From contig JABLTG010000118.1 of assembly GCA_016618085.1 (NCBI GenBank), forward strand, positions 1 through 64,000: a stretch of 64,000 bases of DNA, written 5' to 3'. The notes below the pieces were generated by a model. The model did not search any database. It saw only the letters and a list, made by a program, of their open reading frames with translations, and was not told the origin of the DNA. The position numbers were made by a program, and so were the translations under genes. Origin of the DNA: Neovahlkampfia damariscottae. Taxonomy: Eukaryota. This document shows, one piece after another, positions 48,128-60,984 of this stretch; positions within the stretch are counted from its first letter, which is position 1, and the number at the start of each line of letters is the position of its first letter.

Positions 48128-50969
48128 ATGAAGAATTGGTCAATATTTTTTTTACTTCTGCTGAACCTTTTGATGTTTGTTCGCCCAAGAACAAAAGCTA
48201 CAACTTATGAACCGATACGAATAACATTTGACACATCTTATTTGTCAAGTGATCCAGGAAAGATTTGTCTTAACACTGGAGAAAAAATTAGAAGAGGAAC
48301 ACCTGCTACGAGTAATATATGGTGCGGTGGGTTCACTGAGAATTGTTATCTAAATTGTACTTTGATTTTGTTTATTTTATTATTTTTTAGGTACCCAATT
48401 TGATTTAGTTACTTATGCTAATACTGTACCATATTTTCAAGAATTGTTAGCATATGCAAAGGTTCATTTATTTCTTATTAATTTTTATCTTCAGACTGAA
48501 GTTGAAAAAGTTATAAAAGTCAATAGATTAACTTCTTCTCTCAAAGCTAACTCTACTACTTGTGGAAATACAGCAAAATTAGGAGTTAATGTTCCAAATA
48601 GTATGATAGTTACTGGTTCTACAAATACTGATTTGTATATTATTGTTACTTTTCGTCCTATGCTTTCAAGTGAAAAAGAATCATTTTCTTTTGATTGTTT
48701 AACTGATTCTTCATCGAATGACAGACCAATACTGGGTCATATGAACTTAAATCCAAAAGATTTTATAGCTGTATCAAAAGAAACAGCTCAAAGAAGAGTT
48801 TTGCATGAAGTTATTCATCTACTTGGATTTTCAAAGAACAAATTTCTCACTTACAAAACTGAACGTTAGAATTTTAAACTTAATTAATATTTCTCAAGTT
48901 GGTGTTCCTAGGACATCAGTGACAAATACAATTGCTACATCTCACAATGGAGAAACAGTTCAAATTACTTATCTTACTTTACCAACTGTGATGGCTTTAG
49001 GAAAAAAATTTTTTGGTTGTAGTTTATATCAAGGAGCTCAGCTTGAAGATTTAACAGGAAATGATGATCATTTGGAAAAAAAAATATATTATAATGATAT
49101 AATGACAGGAGATTTATCAACAATTGCTGGAGTAAGAAGAGTTTTTATTTTTATATGTTATTAGCCTTCTGCAATGATTAGTCCATTTACATTAGCTATT
49201 TTAGCTGATTCAGGTTATTATGAAGTGAATTATGATTATACATCAGAATATACTTGGGGTCAAGGTCTTGGTTGTGAATTTGTGAATAATAGATGTGAAG
49301 ATTGGGCAAAGTAAGAAGTGAACACAAATTAAAATAATTTAGAATTAAGAATATTGATGGTTATTTTTGTGGAACGACCACAGGAAATGATAATAACCAT
49401 TGTACTTATGATTTTAATTCAAAAGGTGTTTGTGATGCAGTCTACTACTCAACTGCTGTTCGAAACTTTTTTCAACATTTTACTGATAATCGTCTTGCTG
49501 GACCTATAGGAAGTGATATTAGAAATCTTTGTCCATTGTATAAAACACTTTCTTCTTCAGATTGTAGATTAACACCAGCTCCTGGTATAGTTATTGATTA
49601 TGAAAATACTGGTCAACAATACAGTAATATCAGGTTTGGATAATTAAACAACTAATCAATTAGTAAATGTTTTAGAGCAGATTTGTGGTCAAAATCAAGT
49701 TTTCAAGTTAGAGATTCAAAAATTGCGAGATGTCATCAATACGCCTGTGAAAATGGAACAAATTTGTATGTAAAAATTGGACAGAATTGGATAAATTGTC
49801 CAAGTGAAGAAACATTAACAGCAAGTATGAGTCAAAAATATTTATTCACATTATTTTAGTTCCTGGTTTTTCTGGAGCATTGTATTGCCCAAATATTCGA
49901 CAAATTTGTCCTGAAAACTTGTAAGCTTTTTATTTACCATTCTCTTAATTTTGTCAGTACTTCACCACATTTTTCAACAAGAATTTCAGATCCATCCTTG
50001 AATCAAAATGAAAATTTATGGATTACTGGAGTATTAGTTTTTGTTCAAAAAATACCATCATATGTGTGGGTTATGTGGATTTTATTAGCCATTTCAATTA
50101 TATTTGTTCTTATTACCATTGCAATTTGGAGAATTGTTCATCGACGTGTATACAAAAAGAAAGATGAAGATGCAGTTTATGTTGAAGATGAAACAAGAGA
50201 ATATTATGAAGAAATGGAAAGAAGAGATATGGAAGATTTAGAAATGGAATTAAAAAAAAAAGAAAAACAACAAGAAATTGCACAACAATATGCAGGTGAT
50301 GAAGATATTGAATTAAAACAGATTGATATATTTGAAGATCAAAATAAAGAAGTTGCAAATTCAGAGAAAACTACTTCAATACCAATATTAAATCTTGATG
50401 AATCAACAACTCAAAATTATGATGAAAATGTTGTGAAAAAAGATAATTATTCAGATACTTCAGATGATGAAGATGTAAAGAAGAAAAAGAAATCAAAAAC
50501 AATAATTATTCAAGATGGATCAGATAATTCTGAAGAAGTGAAAAAGAAAAAAAAGAAAAAGAAAAAGAAACATTATGAAGAAGAAGAAGATCAACAAGAA
50601 GAACAAAATGAAGTGGTTGAAGAAGATTTTGAAGAAAAAAAAATGAAAAAGAAAAAATCAAAAAAAAAATTTGAAGATAATTTTGAAGATAATGAAGAAC
50701 AAGTAGAAGAGAAAAAGAAAAAGAAAAAGAAAAAAAAGAAACATTATGAAGAAGATGAAGAAGAAGAAATTGAGAATTTGGAAGTTGAAGAAGAAACAAA
50801 AAAGAAAAAGAAAAAAAAAAAAAAGAAACATCTTGAAGAAGAAGAAGAGGAAGAAGAATCACAACAACAACAACAAGAAAATGAAGATGATACACAAGAA
50901 GAAACAAAAAAGAAAAAGAAAAAAAAGAAAAAGAAATATGTTGAAGAAGAAGAGGAAGAAGAAGAATAA
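48128..50969 (+). CDS. Leishmanolysin/GP63 (M8) metalloprotease with TM helix and K/E-rich tail
   Basis: Signal peptide, PIRI, RPILG.MN, HEVIHLLGF, QLED, HLE, IMTG, TLAILADSGYY, WGQGLGCEF; TM VWVMWILLAISIIFVLITIAIW. Confidence 0.88.
50480..50966 (+). repeat. Low-complexity coding repeat: alternating poly-Lys / poly-Glu blocks
   Basis: EE-x-K(10-11)-[HY]-x-EE block repeated four times; AAG/AAA/GAA-rich. Confidence 0.85.
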
Positions 50970-51001
50970 TTATATTCTCAATAAATTTTATAGATTTTAA
51001 T

Positions 51002-51469
51002 CTATTCATTCATTTCTGATGTAAAATCATCCCACAAACTTTTTTCTTGCATTTCCATATCATACACAGATTCGTGTCGATGTTCCACCCATATTTCATC
51101 AAAATTTAATTCTTTGGAACTCAATGCCAAAACTTCTTCTAAAAAACTCTTTTCTTGAAAAGAACCTGCTTCACTACTCGCTTCAGAATTTCCATCATTA
51201 AAAATACATTTTTCTACAAGGTGTTCACTTCGAATTGTTTCATCAATTGGTTGCAGACAATCTTGGTGAAATTAAATATTGTAAATTTCCCATACCTGTT
51301 GCATAACTCAGTGCAGTTCCATCTGGTTTTACCATTAAAAATAACATTTCTACACCAGTATCTTTTAAATCCTTAATCTTTGGAAATATGTTAACTATAA
51401 TAATTTATTCACTTGTTTAAGGATGTTGTTGACTTTTTCATCAACTTCTTCCACTGAAGTTGTTTTCAT
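51002..51469 (-). CDS. Divergent SRF-type MADS-like protein lacking the basic DNA-binding residues
   Basis: Introns 51378-51412 and 51262-51295 give MKTTSVEEVDEKVNNILKQIKDLKDTGVEMLFLMVKPDGTALSYATDCLQPIDETIRSEHLVEKCI plus an acidic tail; not in the ORF track. Confidence 0.6.
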
Positions 51470-51679
51470 GAAGTCTCTCGAACGATTGGTCAAATCTCCG
51501 CAACGGAAAAACTCTACTTTTATACCAAGAAGTTAAAAACCCATAAAATGGAGAGTATTTCAAATTTAATAATTGAAATCTTCATGAGTTTAAAAATTTA
51601 TTTTTCTTTTTCTTTATGATTCTGATTTGTTATTTTTCTCCAATCAGATTATTTTCAAAAAACAATCGTTATTGGAGAC

Positions 51680-54600
51680 ATGTCCTTGCGTCAACTTCAA
51701 GCATGGATTGAAAAGGTTTGTGTTACTATCATTAAAGGAGATTTTAATGATTCAAAATCGTTTCATTCTTCAATAAAAAATGGTGTATTGTTATGTGGGT
51801 AATTATTTCTTTTTCGTTTTTACTGTTTCAAGACTAATATCAAAAATATTAAGAAAAGTTGGTAATTTCCACGAAAAACCAGTTGGTATTATGAAAGAAA
51901 TTCAAAATTTAGACTATTTTATTAAAGAATGCAAAATATTTGGATTAGAAGTCAACTGGAAAGTATTTTGAAAAAAAAAATTAAAATTTTCATAATAGGT
52001 TAGAGATTTACATTCAGGAAAAGATTTAAAAGGAGTTGAACAAACACTATTTGAAATTGCAAAGAAATGCGAAACTTTAAAGGATTTTAAAGGACCACAA
52101 TTAAAAGATGTAAAAGAGAAAGAATTAACTGTGACTCCAATAACCAAAACTGATAGCATTAAAATCGAAAAAGATGCACCAAAAGTTGGTGATGAATTGA
52201 CAGAACTTCAAAAACTTGAAGAAGTTAAAAGAAAAAGAGAAGAATTAATGAAAAAAATGAATAGAAGAGGTGAAACCAGTTTATCAAAAGAACAAATTGA
52301 AAGACAACAAAAATTAGAAATTGCCAGAAAAAAAAAAGAAGAACAAGAAGAAAAAGAAAAAAAAGCAAGACTTGAATATTTAAAAGGTCAAATGGAAGCA
52401 GATAATATTACAAGACTTAAAAAAGAAAAGAAAATGAGAGCACTTTCAATTATGAATACAAAACATGTATTTCAAGAAACATTAACAAAAGAAAAAAATT
52501 TAATGATAAACGTTGAAGAAGAAGAGTTATCTCCAAAATCAACAAATCAATCATTAAGTATTGAAGTACCAAGTACAAATAATAATACAACAACAACAAC
52601 AAGTCCAAATAAATCAAAACCAAGATCACCAAGATCATTTGGAGCACTTTCTTCAACAGATGATGAATCAAATAATATTGAAAATATTTTAAAAGTTTTA
52701 AATGAACCAATGAATAATGGATCTGTTAATTTAACATTTTTAAAGAATTTAAATGATTTAATATTAAAGAAAGATACAGATTGGAATGTTAAATTAGTTG
52801 AAGATAAAGGATTTCTTCAAATAACAAAATATTTATTAACAACTGATAAAAAAACAAGAAGTTTAGAAGATGATTCATTTCAAGAAGTATGTGTAAAGTG
52901 CATTGAATCAATGATGAAAAAAAGTATTGCAAATAATTATTTAGTATCTGAGGTACCTGATGTACCAAAGAGTTTATTTTTAATTTTATCAAATTCAAAT
53001 GAAAAAATGAAAAAGAAAATACTTGTACTACTTTCAATGATTGGATCACATAGTGAATTGGGATTTTGGGCAATTTTAGATGCAGCCAATAATTATAGAG
53101 TTATTAAAAAAGAAACAAAAAGATTTTATGATTTAGTTGGTTTATTAAAAGGAACAAAAGATGAAAGATTACAAGCATCTATCATTATTTTAGTAAATAC
53201 AATTGTTAATTCTGCAACTGATAAACCAACAAAAGTTATACTTAAAAATGAATTCATTTCATTAGGTTTTATGGAAATAGTTGATAAAATTAAATCATCT
53301 TCAATTCAATCATCTGGTTTAAAAAATCAAATTCAAGATTATGAAAAGATATTTACTTTAGATGAATTTGATCAAGATATTGAAATGACAATATCAAATA
53401 TCTCAAATCCAAATGAAATTATGAATGTTTTAAGATTTAAATTGAGTAATACAAATTGTTTTTCTTCTTTTAGGAATACTTTACAACAACTTTTAATTTT
53501 ATCAACAAATGATGATGAAAATAAAGTTACAAATACTTGGTCTCAATTAGAAAAAATGTTAGATAAATCTGTTGGTTATGGTCAATTAATTATTGAATCA
53601 GAAAAAGAAAAAAAATTACAAGATCAAGTTTTAACACAACAAAATCAAATTTCATTTTTAGAAACTAAAATTTCTAATTTAAAAGTTGATGAATTGAAAC
53701 AACAAATTACAGACTTGAATAACAAAGTTACTCAAATGGAAAAAATGGGTGTTCCTTCAAAAGATAATTCACCAACAGGTGGTCCATTAATGACTGAACC
53801 AACAGGAGGACCATCGATGATTGAACCAACAGGAGGACCACCAATGAGTGCTCCAACAGGGGGACCACCAATGGCACCTACAGGAGGACCAACAGGGGGA
53901 CCACCAGGACCAATTCCAATGGGAGGACCATCAGGGGGACCACCTGGTCCACCTCCAATGGGAGGTCCATCAGGAGGACCTCCAGGGCCACCAGGTATGG
54001 GTCCATCAGCAGGACCATCATTACCAAAATTACCAAATTTAGTTCCAAGTGTTGCAACAAGAAATATTTATATTGATCAACTATCTAAAATTAAAGTTGG
54101 AAAAACACTTTGGATAACAAAAAATGTTACTGAAAAAACAAATGATGTGAAAATTGACGCAAAGAATTTAGAAAAATTATTTGCTGCGACACCAAAAAAA
54201 GATGTTTCAGTTGGAAATGATAAAGAAAAGAAACCAGAAGTTATTTCTTTAATTGATCCAAAAAAATCTAATAATGTTAATCTATTTCTTGGGTATTTAA
54301 GAATACCTAATGAAATAATTTATAAAGCAATTGTTGAAATGGATGAAGAAGCATTATCACAACAAAATATTGCAGCATTAAAAGAAAAAGCACCAACACC
54401 TGAAGAAATTGATACATTATCAAATTATGATGGAGATGTGAATGTACTCGCAAATTGTGATAAATTTTATCTTTCAATTAAAGATATTCCAAGATTTGAA
54501 GGAAGATTGAGTTGTTGGAATTTTAAAATTAAATTTGATCAAGATGTTGCATCTATTAGACCTGATATCGAAGCAGTTGTTTCTGCTGCAAATGAAATAT

Positions 54601-55196
54601 CTGAAAGTTCAATTCTTAGAGAATTCTTATCAGTTATTTTAGCAATTGCAAATTTTTTGAATGGAAAATCACCAAAAAAGAATTGTTATGGATTTAAACT
54701 TTCTTCTTTATCAAAGTTAAAAGAAACAAAATCTTCAAATGGTAAAACCAATTTATTACAATACATTGCACTATTTGTATCATCAAAATATCCAAATCTC
54801 TTAAAAATTCAAGAAGATTTGCCAAATTTAGAAGCTGCAACAAGAGTTGCTTTACCAGAAGTGATGAATGAATATAGAAAAATTCAAAGTGGAATCAAAG
54901 AGTTGAAAAAAGAAATTGAGTTTTCAAAAGAATCAACTTTAAAAGGTGACAAATTTTTGAAGGTGATGACACCATTTTGCACAAAAGCAGAATCTGAAGT
55001 AACAAAAATTGAAAAAGCGTCCTCTGATTTGACAAAATCATTGAAAGAAATGGCAATTTTATTTGGGGAAGATGATAAAATGATCTCTAAAGATCCATCA
55101 ATAATTTTTTCTCTTATTAATAATTTTGTGAATGATTTTATGGCTTCTTATCAAGATATGATCAGAAAAACTGAAAAAACAAAGAAAAAAAAATAA
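51680..55196 (+). CDS. Formin with N-terminal calponin-homology domain (CH-coiled coil-GBD/FH3-FH1-FH2)
   Basis: WIEKV..SIKNGVLLC|.LI..NLDYFIKEC..FG..DL (CH; two introns); GGPP FH1 repeats; FH2 LIDPKKSNNV, NFLNG, YGFKLSSL.KL.ETKS. Confidence 0.9.
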
Positions 55197-55205
55197 ATTT
55201 CCTAT

Positions 55206-58200
55206 TTATAAAAATTCTAATGTTCCAATCATATTTTCTGGATCGTTTGGATGCTTTTTCAACACGTGCATGATCATCGAATTCTTTGATAAATTTTTTT
55301 TTGAACAATAAAAACAAGCACAAGGACCAAATTCTTCATCTTCACAATCATGATTTTTATCCATTTCTTCTCCACAATTTTTGCAATACTCTTTTGTTTC
55401 TTTGCAACTTTTGACATGATCATGAAGTTTATATTTTTCAATTTTTTTATCACATAATTTGCATGGCACAAGTTCCTTTAGTGGACATGAATGAGTGAAA
55501 TTTGAATAATAGATTGAATTGCATGTATTGCATTTCATATGTTCATTTTCATCATGATTTTTTTGATCAATTACTTTTATTACTCCATCACAAATTTTAC
55601 AAATATAATTGTTTCTTCTACAATGAAGGGAGTGCAATGTTAATCCATTTTCTGGAATCAATTTTCTACAAAATTCACATTTGATACCATCTTCTTTTTC
55701 TTCATTCATTTTTTCAATTTTTTCTTCAATGACCACTGAGGAATCAATTTTTTTATCTGTTCTTTTAATGTTGAAAAATAATGAATCTTCTTTAATCATT
55801 TCATCTTTTTCTTTAATTTCATCATCCATATCAAAAGCAGTTTCAAAAGATATTTTTAAATCTAAATATTGATCTTGTTCTCTATAAGTATAAACAGATG
55901 AACTTGGTTCTAATTTTACAATTTCAACCATAAAATGTTGATTATCACCAACAATAGGGATTGATTGTCCTTCATTTAAAGTTGAGAATGGTGTTAAACT
56001 GTTTTCTAATGATAAAATTGGATTTTGTAATTTCCAAAAATCTTTTGAATGTGGTCTAAAAACTACATTTGAACCAGTTTCAAGAAATACTGATCTAATA
56101 TCAATCAAAGAACCTTCTTCAATCATTAAATCTTTCATTAACCAAGTTGGAAATATTGCAGTACGTTTTGGAGCATTATATTGAAATACACCACAATAAG
56201 ATGTAATTTTATCTGTTTTAATTTCAATAGTTGATATAGTTTGTTTTTTTCCAAATTTTTTTAATTTTGATTGAACATTTGAAGGTAAAACAATATTATT
56301 TCCATTCTCAATTTTATAATTATCAAAATAATTAAAAGATGTTTTTGCAAATTGAGCTGAAAATGCAAAAAATGAATCAGTAAATGAATTTTGAGTTATC
56401 ATTGGTGATTTCATTTTCTCCATTCTTTTTCTTAAATTTTTGATTGAATCATATGATTTATTATGATTTAAATCAATTCTAGCATTATTATCAATTAAAG
56501 ATTGTCTTAAATATTTTAAAATTCTACTTAAATGAAATTTATTTGACCATCCATTTAATGTTAATAATTCAGAATTAAAAAAACCTTGAATATCAATATC
56601 TCCAGTTAAATAATGAATTCTTGGTCTTAAAATTCGAATTAAAGGTGGTACATTAGGAAAGTCAACAGTAAATTTAATTTCTAAATGAATTGATTCATCA
56701 TTTGTTTTAAATTTATTTGAATGATTTTTTAAATCCTTTCCCAAACTTGAATCTAAATTCGAACCTGAATCTGAATCTAAAACTGAACCTGAATCCTTTC
56801 CCAAATTTAAATCCTTAATTATTTGATTTGAATCAAAATTTTGAAATTGAACTAACCAAATAAATGGATTTTCATCAATAGTTCTAATAATAATATCTGA
56901 ATTTGAATCAAATTTATTTGTTCTTGATAACATTTTTAATTCATTCAAATTTTGTAATTGTTTTGAAATGAATATAGATGATTTAAAACAATATTTTAAT
57001 TCATTTGAAATATCATAATCTAACCATGTCTTTTTATAAAAATTAATAATAATATTTTCTATTTTTTCATCTTTTTCAATTTCATTTTTCTTTTCACTTT
57101 TGAAATATAATTTTTCAAAACTTTCTTTTCCTTTTGATAATAAACATTGAATTGAAATATAGATATTTTTATTTAATTTTAAAAAATGATTCATTTCATT
57201 AATCCATTTCTTTATTTTATTTTCTTTTGATTCAATTGAATATTTAAAATCAACTTCACTTTTTTTTTTTTTAATTTTAATAATAAATTCAAATTTATTA
57301 TTATTAATATTTCCAATATTTAAAATTATTTGTTCATTTGTAACTTTAATTAATTCATAATTTATTTGATTGGTTGAACAAAGATAATCTTCAATAGATA
57401 TTTCATTTAAATCTTCTTTTAATCTTAAATTTAAACTTCCACTTTGAATGGTTAATTCATTAAATTCATTATTTAAATATGAATTAATTTCATTTTCAAT
57501 TTTGAATTTAATATCCAATGAAATATCATTTGGATTTTCATCTCTTAACATCAAACCTTTTATTGCAATTAACAATGCATCTTTATCATCTGATATTTTT
57601 AAAGTATAATTTATAAGATTTTCATAAATTTTTTTTCTTTTTTTTATTGGAATTGAACCAATATAATTTTGAAATTTGATTGGAATAATAATAGTTTTAC
57701 TATTTTGATTTTTTGTATTCAAATATTTTACATGTTTTGTTATCCATTCCCAAATATTTTCTTCTTTTGTTTTGTTTGGGATTGAATATTGTGGTTTAAT
57801 CATGTATGGATCAAAATAATTATCATATCTATAATCATCATCATCAAAATCATCATATTCATCAATATAATCTTTATAATTATTTTGAAATGATGAGAAA
57901 GGTATTTTTGAAGGAAATGGTATTTTTGATGTTGGATAATTACCACCTCTTGCAATTCTACGTTGATTTTTTGTTAATGTATTAGTTTGTAACATATCTG
58001 AAAAAGTAAATGTATACATCTAAAATAAATGAATTTAAATGTAAAAATGAAATAGTACTTGTCCAAATATTTGTGTTGATGTTGAACCATTTGAATCTTT
58101 TTGATAATTAGATTCTAAAATTGAAGTAACAGATGAATCAAATGATTTGAATATTCCACCATCTTGTTCCCATTCCCATAATACTTTGTTATCAAAAAGT

Positions 58201-58860
58201 ATTTCATCTTCAATTTCATCTTCAAATTCTATTTTTTTATTAAAATTATCCTTCTTTAATTTATCTTCAACATTAAATTCTTTTTCAAAAGATAATTTAT
58301 CTTCTTGTTGTTTAAATGGTGTTGGTGTACCAGTAGTATTTCTGACAATTTTTCTTTTTTTTCCAGTCTAAATCAATTTAATTTAAATTCAAGAAATACT
58401 GAAGAATTAATTTGTGACATATTTTTAAAATCAAATTTATAAGAGTTTCCATGAAGCTTTAGATTTGTTGAACCATTTGAATCTTTTTGATAAGAATTTT
58501 CTAAAGAAATAGAAGAAAATGGATCAAATTCATTACAGAAACCATAATCATCACACCATTCCCATAAAATGTTTGATTTTTTTTGAATAATTATTCTTTG
58601 TATTTGTCTTTTTGTTTTACTCTTTTTGTTTAATTTTTTGAATAATTTTTTACCATTGTACTGTTTTGAGTCATGTCAGAGAATGAAATCTTTAAATATT
58701 ATTAAATTATTTTTTTTACGACAAATTTGTTTGAATTAATGTTCAAAGGACAAGTACCTTTCTTGTTCATTTGATACTGTGTTTCTAAGTACTTTGAAGT
58801 TGTAGTATCATAGGAAATCCATTTATTGTTTGAATTCCATTGCCATTGAACGACACTCAT
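55206..58860 (-). CDS. 3x WWE + UBE2Q-like UBC fold (catalytic Cys absent) + UFD1 + TRAF/XAF1-type zinc fingers
   Basis: Introns 58690-58719, 58622-58653, 58368-58399 and 58020-58058 add three WWE domains upstream of the 937-aa ORF. FPNVPPLIRILRP..GFFNSELLT..GWS; GNNIVLPS..YCGVFQY.A; CEFC..LHSLHCRRN. Confidence 0.8.
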
Positions 58861-58915
58861 TTTCAGGATGTAAAAATAGATGAAAAATTATCCAATCAAA
58901 ATTTTATTCATTTTT

Positions 58916-60347
58916 TTAATTGTCCTCTAACAAATTAATTCTAATTTCATTTTCTTCATTAATTTCATCATCATTTTGTGGTGTTGGTGTTCTCATTCTT
59001 AAAAATGATGATGTTTTCTTTAATTGTGAATCAACTACACGTATTTTTTTTTGAATGTCAACATAAACATCAGTTTCATCAATAATTTCTTCTTTCAATA
59101 GTTCTTCAACAATATCTTCCAATGTTATTATTCCAATAACTTTCCCAAAATCATTCTTAATAAAAGCTAAATGATTCTTTCCCTTTATGAATCCATTAAA
59201 TACTGTCCATAATTCATCAGATGTTTGAACATAAGTTGCATCAAACATTTTCATTTGAGTAATTGGTATTTTTGCTTTTGGTGATACACCAATTAAAAAT
59301 TTAGCCAAAATGTAACCTTGAATATTCTTTTTTTCATCTTGATAAATTGGAATACGTGAATGTCCAACTTGATAATATTTAAATTTTTTGAAATTTTAAA
59401 TACCATTTTTTAATTCATCTAATAAAGTTTGATCAAATATTGATGAATTTTCAATCATATAAACTGATTCAATTGGAGTCATTACCATGGTTACTGTTTT
59501 TTCTTGTAATTCAAGTGCACCCCTAATTAAATGAAGTTCTTTTGAACTTAATGGTCCATTTTCTGGTTCAACTGAATTTTCTTTTCTTGCATGAATACTT
59601 TAAAGACTATTTAATAAATTCAATTCCAAACCTAACTAATTCTTTTAATTGACCTCTTCTATAAAATGTTTTATGATCTTTTCCAAGCATTTTATCTAAT
59701 AATATTGAGACAGGAAAGGCTATTGGAAATGAAATTATCATTAAAAATAATACAAAATAATTTAAATATGCACCAACTAAAAATAATAAGAAAATTCAAA
59801 TATTCAAAATTACTATGTAATCCATATCGAGCGCATATAGCTTGAGGTACTATCTCACCAAATAACAAAACCATAGTCACAGAAATTATGATTGCAGCCC
59901 ATTCTATAAAATTAATACAAATTGTAGTGGTATTATTACCTGGTACTATTTTATCCAAAAATAAAGGTAAAGATTCCATAGCCAGTGCGTTCATTAAAAG
60001 TAATGTAACTAATAGATAGTGATGACTAAAATTTATAAAAAAATTTCTTTTTACTTTTTTACAACAAGTTCAATTCTTTTCGCTAATTTTTTTTCATGTT
60101 CAGTTCCAGCAGTTTTAAGAACGGATAATTGCATTGGATCCAAAGATAATAAACCAAGTGTTAACCCAGACATCAGTCCAGCTGAATATAATTAATACAA
60201 CTTATTAAACAAACCAAATAAGATTAAGAAAATTGAAATGCATGCATATATTATGATTTGCCACCATGGTAGTAAAACAAATTCACTCTCAGTAGCACAG
60301 TGAGTGGCATTATGTAATATCACTTCAGCTAAACCATGAAGATTCAT
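58916..60347 (-). CDS. CNNM/DUF21-CBS metal (Mg2+) transporter-like protein
   Basis: GLMSGLTLGLLSLD, LLMNALAMESLPLFLD, FGEIVPQA, GALEL, GHSRIPIY, GIITLEDIVEELL.EEI.DETD. Confidence 0.92.
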
Positions 60348-60482
60348 TTGTTCAGTTTTGAATGTCCAATGAAAAATAAAAAAAAGGGAATGTAGTATTT
60401 TTAAAAAATTTCGATTTCTTTTCAAAAAAATTAAAGTTATTGTTCAATTATTTTTTCTTCATTTCATTGGATAAACCTAAAA

Positions 60483-60963
60483 ATGTTTCGTTCTCTTGTT
60501 CAACCTCTGGTTCACCAAAAGAAGAATTTTTCAACAATGCATATGTTGAGAAATACAAGTTTAGGGTTGAAGGAATATCAAAAATTAATAAATCAAACAA
60601 TTGAGTCAATATCAGACCAAGCAGAAGAAATTATAGAGGAATCAGTAAAAAAAATATAAAAATAAAATAAATAAAGAATATGGAAGACTATGATATAGTT
60701 TTATCAGAAGGTGTATTACAAATACAAATTTCAAAAGTTGGAACTTATGTTATTTCTAGACAAACACCTTCTAGAGAATTATGGCTTTCTTCACCAAGAG
60801 TAAAAGTATTTTTATTAACAATATACAGAGCGGACCATGGCATTATAAATATAATGAAAATGAATGGATTTGTACAAGAGAAGGAGAAAATAAATTTTAT
60901 GAAAGAATGAACGAAGAATTTTCAAAAATATTCAATAAAACAATCAAATTTGAACAAGTATAA
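60483..60963 (+). CDS. FXN: Frataxin, mitochondrial
   Basis: Presequence; SEGVL.I...GTYVISRQTPSRELWLSSP.|SGP.HY; introns 60645-60676 and ~60800-60828. Confidence 0.92.
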
Positions 60964-60984
60964 TGATAAGTGAGTGAGTACAAT

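Noticed and set aside
50506..51009. Antisense and alternative-frame ORFs (also 14001-14408, 23683-24126, 10142-10450, 42425-42667 and others)
   Set aside because: They are shadows of real genes or low-complexity DNA, with no motifs.
53775..54020. GC-richer island suggesting foreign DNA
   Set aside because: It is the Gly/Pro-rich FH1 region of the formin.
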